This document shows, one piece after another, positions 41,067 to 50,000 of a DNA stretch of 64,000 nt. This DNA is from Octopus vulgaris (Eukaryota), in the NCBI GenBank assembly GCA_951406725.2, contig OX597817.1, forward strand, positions 38,998,001 through 39,062,000, given 5' to 3'. Made by a program: the position numbers and the translations under genes. The stretch's first letter is position 1; each line of letters begins with the position of its first letter. The notes below the pieces were generated by a model. The model was not told the DNA's origin and made no database searches. It worked only from the letters and a program-made list of their open reading frames with translations.

Positions 41067-44000
41067 TCATAAATTAAGCAGTTAAAGTGCTATATTGCTC
41101 TTTAATACTTGGTGGTTGTTTCTAATTAAACCATGGATATCCATGGAGTGCACTTGTTAACATGAGATTTTAATGGAAGGTTTTAATTTATGGAGGAAGG
41201 ATGGGAAAGGTGATGCAACTGGTTTTGTGAGTGGTTTCCCCAATGAGATATTGGTGTGGCTACAACAGCTGTTGGGCAGCATGATGTCCATGAGCAAACT
41301 CATTACTCAAGTCTGTTTGTTGACATGAAACACTGGATAGAATGCAGTGGTGGTGGAAGCTACAGAAGCCTACAGTGTTGAGCTACAATTGATGAATAAC
41401 AAGGTGATAAGAGACTCAGTGGAGCAGCCATGACCATTTAAAGACCAGTGTTTTAGGTGTCTGCATCTGCACATGACAAGGGACTGCAGAGAACCAAAGC
41501 CTGGGCCAATTTCTATGGGGTCAGCTAGTTAACATGAAATTTTGATGACAGTTTTAATTTAGATCAGGGGTCACCAAAAGTGGCCCGAGGGACCCCCTAG
41601 GGGTCAGTGAGGAATTACAGGGGTCAATGATAGCGAAGGGGTCGAATGAGGGTTGGTGTGCAAAAGACCAGCTCGCCAGATGAACTGCTTGAAATACTTA
41701 GTCAGCGCCATGCTCATCCTTCACATTGATGTTGTCAATTTCAATAAAAGATATTCCAGCAATATGATGTGTTTCTCACATTTTCTAAGCCTTGTAAACA
41801 ATTTCATAAAAATTGAAAGTCTAATACTCATACACATAGTTTTAAATGTGAAAGGTATGTCATCTTCAATAGAATTTCTTAATTTGTCATATACGTATAT
41901 TTTAGCTAACATTTTAATTGCTAGCATCAGTACCGAGTACGCATTTAAGATATGGTACGGTATGGTAGGGTACTAAGATATTTTAAATGAGGAGGGTCGT
42001 CGATGTGGAAGGAGAAGTGGCTAAAGGGGGTCGATGGTCGACAAAGTTTGGTGACCCCTGATTTAGATCATTTTAAAACAGAAAAGATTTTATTTCACAA
42101 CTAGGGGTTGTTTCAAGTGGGTCGGTATGAAAAAGATTGAGGAAAGAAAAAGAAAGGAAGGCAAAAAGTAAATAGACATTTGTTGTATTGTACTCCTAGC
42201 TTGCAGAACGAGCTTTGGCTCATGAACTCCTCCAGACATCTGAGAAACCTTCCATTCAGTATTTCTGGTGTCTTGCTAAAATAAGTATTTTCAAAAAAGA
42301 GTTCACTGAAGCTGAAAATTATCTGAATCAGGCTCTTCTAATCAGTCAAGAGGTGAGTCTTTTTTTTTATATTCATATATTTCAGATTTCCTTATGTAAT
42401 TTGTGTATTCCTTTAATCTTTTACTTGTTTTAGTCTACGGCAAACATGTTGGCATAGTCTTCAAGAACTTTTGTCACTTACATTGACTGACTCCCCACCC
42501 TCACTAGTACTTTGGTACTTGTTTTTATCAATGTTGTAAGGGCTGAATGGCTAAGTCTGCCTTGACTCAAGGGATGTGACTTAGACCAATGCTACTCAAA
42601 GTGGTGGTCCACGGACTGGTGCCTGTATGCAGTGAGTTTCCAGAAAAGAAACAAACATTATAAAATGCTTATGTAATATTTGTTGAAAAGATGAACATAA
42701 GATAAAAAAAAGTTGTCAACTTTTATTATATTCATTATACATATTGATTCTGGTATGAATTAGTATTACTAAGAAACATTACCAGTCCCTGGCACACTGG
42801 GGGAAAAAAAAACTCCCAGTATGTTACATCAGATAGTTTGAGAAGCACTGACTTAGACTACATACCACAAAGGATCTTTGATCGATGCACCAATTTTTGT
42901 CTGACCATCCACACGTGTGTGCACGTGCACGTGCACACACACACACATGTATACACACACAGGTAGGTAGGTAAAACAGTGGGCTTGGATGGGTGGGATG
43001 GTAGGTTGATAGAGAGAGGGAGAGAGAAAGATACAATGGGCTTCCATGCAGTTTCAGTCTGCCATTTTTCACTCATACAGTTTTAGTCGATCAAGGCTAT
43101 GGTAGAATACACTTTCCCAAGGTGCCATGCTGTGAGATTGAACCCAGAACTAGATTGCTACAAACCATACAACCATACTTAGTATGTATAATCATTTAAT
43201 GTAATAAAGCATCATGTGCAAATAACTGATGTGCACTGACTGCAGTAAAACTACAGATAAACTGAAAGTGAATTCATACTGAGAAATTGCTTATATTTTT
43301 CTTGTTTTTCTTTCTCTATCATTGTGCTTTAAAAACCTGTGGAAACTGGGGAAAAAAAACTATATCATTTATCTTTAATTGATTTTAGTCATTGACCTGT
43401 GGCCATGCTGAGATGTTATTCTTTCACTTTTGACACCTAATACTGAAATAGTGGAGAATATATGATATTGCTCTGGGCTCGCATTAGGCAAGAAGTTAAA
43501 AAATTTTGGGGCCTATAACACTACATGGACCCTAAGTGAGGCATGTGTAAAATTTGAATGAAATTGGTTGTGTACTTTTCAAGTTTTAGGGATTGACACA
43601 GACAGACACACATTCTCATCTTTATATATATAGATGTATGTATATATGAATGCATGCCTGTATATATGTAAGATAATAGTCTCACTTTAATAGTTTCAGT
43701 ATTGAAGTGAAACTATTAACGTGAAAATATCTGACATTACAATAGAGAAATGTTATTCTTTCACTTTTGACACGTAATACTGAAACAGTGGAGAAGATAT
43801 GATATTGCTCTGGGCTCGCACTAGGCAAGAAGTTGACAATTTTTTTGGCCTATGACACTACATGGACCCTAAGTAAGGCATGTATAAAATGTGAATAAAG
43901 TAGTTCTCATGTTTTAGTGATTGACACAAACACACAGACAGACAAACACACATTCTCAACTCTATATATATAGATTATTTTTTACATGCTGGTTGATTTG

Positions 44001-47000
44001 TCATTTTTTGTTTTATTTTTGAGTTCCCCGAAACTTGGGCACTATTAGGTCATGTGAAGTATTTAACAGGGGATGTTTCCAATGCCCAAAATCATTATGA
44101 TCGTACTTTATCATTTGTAAATGATACCCAGGATATTCACTCTGTGTATTTGCGTCTAGGATCGATCTATCTGCAAGACAAGAAGGTAATGTTTGCCCTT
44201 TTTCTTACATTTTTCAAATCTTTACTGCAAGTCATTTAAACAATCTGTAATTGTTCTTGGATTCAGTGACAATTCATTAATAATTATTTAATTTCTAAAA
44301 TTATTATGTAAAATCCTATGAATTGTGGTGACCATTACAAATCACTACCTAAAATTTTATCCAAAAGACTTGCCATCCTATTTAGGACTACAAAATATTT
44401 CAGCCCTTACCAGATACTGACCTTCTCCAAAGTTCATGTATAACCCATATTGGTTTACCTCACACAAACATCCCAGACTTGAGCTAATGATGAAACATCT
44501 AGATAACAGTTTGGCCTGTTAAAAATAGTAACTAAACATCCCTCGAATAACATGCTATTGACTTAAAACAGGGAGGATACACTGGATAAAGTAGTTCTAC
44601 ATATACTATAGCTGAGAAAAAAAGAGCAATAATTTTTGGATTAAAGCTGAGCCTAATTTAACTGATTAGAGTTAAAACAAATAACAAGATTCTAGGCTGC
44701 ATCCAAAAGAAAGCCATTTGGTTGCTTGATCAATACTTGCTCACAAATATATTACAGCCATTTTACAAATGCCTGTTTTTCTCTCTCTACTTCTTCTGTA
44801 ACAACCTCTGTTACATCTCTGAAACGAACCTTCTGCTCCAGAGATGGGCAGCTCAGCTAGAAGAACTTTCTTGCTAGATATAGTCAAATGTTTTGCCAGT
44901 GTCAAAACCAATGACATTGTTTTCATTGAATTTCTCAAGGGCAAAGAAATGACATATAAATGCAGGTTCCCAGGTGATCTGACTCTATAAATGCTATACT
45001 GGTGATCATTAAGGAGACTAGAGGTTATAAAGATGGTTGTTAACAATTGTTTCCTTTACTTTTGACATATTAAAAGGAAGGAATAAGCCATTCATCCTCA
45101 GGGTCAAAAAGGCTGACTTTTAGAATGGGACATGTTTCCAAAGATCAGGATAGATGCCCTGTATGTAGAGAACAATTGAAGAGTTTGGCAAGGATAGGGG
45201 TTAGCTCTGAAGTGTAATGTTTGAAGAGTAATGAAAACGATATTGTTAGGGCTAATAGTACTGTTTACTGTTATTGCTTTTTACTTGTTGGAAGAAGGGT
45301 TAGTAGCCATGGCCTTTATAGACTCTTCATGATGACTGGTGTATCTGATGCTGTTAATGTTTGGTTTAAACTGCTGCCAGTTGACACCTGCAGAAAAGAC
45401 ATTGTGGGAGGGCTGATGTTCTGGTGGGGGTTGGACACAACATGAGTGATGAAACAAGGAGAGGTAAGTTGGAAATGAAACAAGACCACCAAACTCCATG
45501 GGGCAGATGTTCATTGTAGTAATGGTAGAAAAAGTGGAGAAAAGAAACAGCATGCCTGTGGGTCAGAGGCTGGAGCATGTCTGGTAGTAATTTTATTCCA
45601 ATCAGCTGAGTGGCCCTTCTCTAGATGCAGTCTAGGATATCTGTGTAGCAGCATCTCATATGTGGGAGCAATATTTCATTGTGACTCTCATCTTAGTTTG
45701 TAGAGTATCATTAATCATTGGAGGGTGAAGAATTTTCTGGTTATGAAGAGAAGGAACAGTCTTTGAGATGTAGTCTGAGCTATGTTTAAAGATACCCTTT
45801 CACTGGGAGAGATCTTTAGTGATAGCAAAGCCTAAGATTCAGTCTGTATGTGTGCCTGGTGGTGGGACTGGTAGAGAGGAGCAGGAAAGTTTCAAGGTAC
45901 AGTGCCAAATATTAAGTTTTGGAGGAGTCCTGTGTGTTTTGTGGAGTTGGAAGCAAAATAGACAGAAAATGATGCATTTTCCTCTGCAGAAGTGCTGCTA
46001 AGAGGGTCATCTTGGTTAAGGAAGTTTCTGCAAAGTTGGTGGAAATTCTCCTGGCAAGAGATTAGGAAGACATGTTACAATTTTGAAGGTAGAAGAGATA
46101 ACTGACCTTGTGGTATACAAAGGAATCTTTTCATTTTTGGGTCGTAGTCTTGAAAGAGTGACAGTTCTAGGAACATACTCACCCCCCCACTACCTAGTTG
46201 GTAGACATGTTGAGTGTGTTCAGGTGTTGTAGCATATTTCTTGCCAGGGATAATCAATGTAAATTGGTAGTTCCATAGGGTCCAAGAGATGGGCAGGTAT
46301 TGGGCATTATGGTTTGTTGGGTAGTTTTAATTAGGTAGTAACTGGACATTCTAATAGGGACAGAGACAGCAATAGTTTAGTAAGGATTTGGTTTGGAAGT
46401 AAGAACAAAATCTAGGGTGTTAGTGTTACCTGTGTGTCAGGATACAAGTAGATGATGATATTAAATAACATAAAATGTTTAGAATGATGTAAAGATTCAG
46501 CATTTGCACCATCAGCATCAATATGAAAGGTGTGTGAGAACCAAGTAGAGTTGTGGACCTTGAAGTCACAGAAGGTGATGGCTTTAGAGGGTTAATTGTC
46601 AACTTGTGGTTAATGAACTGTTGCTAAAAGTGATTTCATTCTTTGGGTCAGTATAGCTAAATTATCTTACAGCTGCTGAGACCCCCGTCAGTCATGACTG
46701 ATCGTGGAATTGCACCTAGAAAGTTACCCTCCCAGGCACAAGTCCGGACAAGGTTGTTTATGGAAGACCAGCAGTCACCCGGTCCGGGATTCGAACTCAC
46801 AACTTCACGATTGTAAGATCGGTGCTCTAACCACTGAGCCATGTGCCTTCACTTACAGCACTGGAAGAGAAAATGATATTTTCATTTCACAAATATTTAG
46901 AGGAAGATTTTCATTGCCATCACAGTTACTAATTGTAGTCACTGGTGCAGACAGATTTTTTTCATTACATGACAAAGAAAAATTAAACACAATACCTTGT

Positions 47001-50000
47001 TAGAAGCAATTGAAGAATTTTCTTTAATATTATAAAAATGTTATTCCAGTTTTAAACATTATGGTGTAATAAATTGTCTGTTTTAAATTAGTTTCCAGAA
47101 GCTCGGGATATATTTCTCATGGCATGTAAAAGTAGCCCGTCTTCTGTCACATGGCTGGGAGTTGCAATAGCTTGTTATCGAGTGAGTATCTTTATTTGTT
47201 TAAAGTCCTCTTATTAATTAGTATAAACTGTAAATCATTGATAATCTTTTCCAAAATCAGAAATGTTTTTCAGTATATATGACTTCATCATTGTTAAATT
47301 TGCAGATTTCAGGCCTGATGATGTATATTTTTATACGCTAGCAACATTTTTAATAATAAAATATATCCACATACTTTTTAGGATTGCCTGCTGGCATCCA
47401 TTAATGAAACCTTAAGAGTATCAATTTTACATTCATGTTGAATATCTGGAGCTTGAAATTATGGGAAATCTCTTTAGAGTTCCTGTAGGGTTGGCTTTTT
47501 TATTTTAATTCTTGCCTGGAATTGTTTCTTTAACTTATGTAACGATGTTGCCAAAATAAAGGTTCCAACATCTGATGAGTCTTCACATGATAGTTTATCA
47601 AAATTTTGGTCTTGTCTTTATTGATGCTTGTGGCATATCTTCATCAATGTTATTAACAGTTGCAACATAAATGCAAAAGTTATTTTATGTAATTTATTTC
47701 CTAGATGGAGAAGTTGTATGAAGCGGAGTCTGCTTTATGTGAAGCCAATATTCTGAATAACATGGATCCTGAAATTTGGGCCTACCTAGCTCTTGTTTGC
47801 CTTAAACATAAGCGTATATATGAAGCTGAGCAAAGTTTCAAGTATTCTATAAAAGTAAGTTACATTTAAATCTTCTCTTGAATATTTTGAAAAATATTCT
47901 AAGTGTTGATTTACTTTTTGAAATATTATTGTGAGATCCATTTTTACAATATTTTTATATACCATACTTGAAGGCATAAAAGACAAATGCACATATTAAA
48001 AACACCTCAATTTCAGGAGTGCATATTCAGGAAAAAAAAAAGTTTTTGGTGGAATTAAGCCTTTAGCATTTAAACCAACCATATTTGGCCTAAATATTCT
48101 TCTTGATTTATGCTCAAATTGGCCATATATGGCCTCTCACACCTGCCCTACAATGTCATTCTAAAAATATACAATTACTTCATTGAAATCTCAAAGCTAT
48201 ATGTTAATTCAAAACAGTGTGAACAGATAAGCATTACATTTGACAGAGTAACCTGAATGCTAAAGAGTTAAAGCAGTAATATAGGCTCAACTTCACATAT
48301 AGGACACAAAGTGTTGAGACATACAGTAATTCCTCGCCATATTGCGGTTCACCTATCGTGGTTTATTATTTAAAACTTATGCCGATTCCTCCGTGTTGTT
48401 GTTTTGCATTTGTAATAAAATAAATATATACAAATTATAAAAATTTAAAAAATATATATATACAGTACAGTACTGTTCCTACTTTGTGGATTTTCACCTA
48501 TCACAGAGGGTTTTGGAATGAAACACCCATGATAGTCGAGGGATTACTGTATTTTTGGCGAAAAAAAAGTGCACCTTAAGTGCCATCAAATACAGAAACT
48601 TGTGAGTACAATAAACGGTGAGCTGGCAGAAACGTTAGTGCGCCGGGCAAAATGCTTAGCGGTATTTCATCTGCCATTACATTCTGAGTTCCAATTCCAC
48701 CAAGGTCAACTTTGCCTTTCATCCTTTCTGGATCGATAAATTAAGTACCAGTTACACACTGGGGTCGATGTAATTGACTTAATCCCTTTGTCTGTCCCCT
48801 CTATGTTTAGCCCCTTGTGTGCAATAAAGAAATAAGAAACTTGTGAGTACAAATTCAGAAACAACAATAATAAAATAACAAGACCGCCTATATACATCTG
48901 GTCTTGTTAGCCACAGCTGGGACAACTTTTTGCCTCCCTCCAGTATCTCTTGTGTTTTTAAACACAATGTAGCATCTGATAACACCTGTATTCTCAATGA
49001 AAGTATTTCATATATTGAGATGTAACTATTTCACTTGTTAATAACAACTGTTCTTAGCTTTGCACATACTACTAAAATCCTCTTACTTCAAGTGTCTTCA
49101 TAATTAAGCCATTTAATTTGAAAAGTAATTATCATTAGGTAGTAAAGATTTATCTTTTTTTCATATCTTTTACTTGTTTTAGTCATTGGACTACAGCCAT
49201 GCTGGAGCACTACCTTGATAAGTTTAACTGTACTAATTTTTTTAAAGCTGAGTACTTATGTAGAGTAGTGAGCTGGCAGAAACGTTAGCACGCTGGGCAA
49301 AATGCTTCGCGGTATTTCATCTGTCTTTTCGTTCTGAGTTCAAATTCTGTCAAGGTCGACTTTGCCTTTCATCCTTTCGGGGTTGATAAATTAAGTACCA
49401 GTTGTGTATTGGAGTCAATCTAATTGACTGGCCCCCTCCCCCCAAATTTCAGGCCTTGTGCCTCGAGTAGAAAAGAATAAATTTTGTTCAAATGCTGCCA
49501 GGGTCAACTTTGCCTTTCATCCTTTCAGGGGTTGATAAATTAAGTACCAGTTATGCACTGGGATTGATGTAATCAACTCATCCCCTTCCCCCAAATTTCA
49601 GGCCTTGTGCCTAGAGTAGAAAAGAAAAGCTGAGTACTTATTCTGTTGGTCTCTTTTGCTGAAATACTAAATTACAGAGACATAAACAAACCGCTCTAGT
49701 TCTCAAGCAGTGGTGGGGCACAAATACAAATATACACACAAATATGTACATATATTTACAGAACAGGCTTCTTTCAGTTTCTGTCTACCAAATCCACATA
49801 CAAGGCTTTGGCCAGCTTGCAGGTGTGACTTCTTACCACTGTCACACTCTTTTTATTTTCTCACTGAAACAAAAGAACTGAATGATTGTTAACCCTTTCG
49901 TTACTGTATTTATTTTGAGATGCTCTGTGTTTCTTTCAACTATTTTAAATATAACAAAGAATTTAGTAAAATGACTTAGTTATCATTCAGCTAGTTTTAG

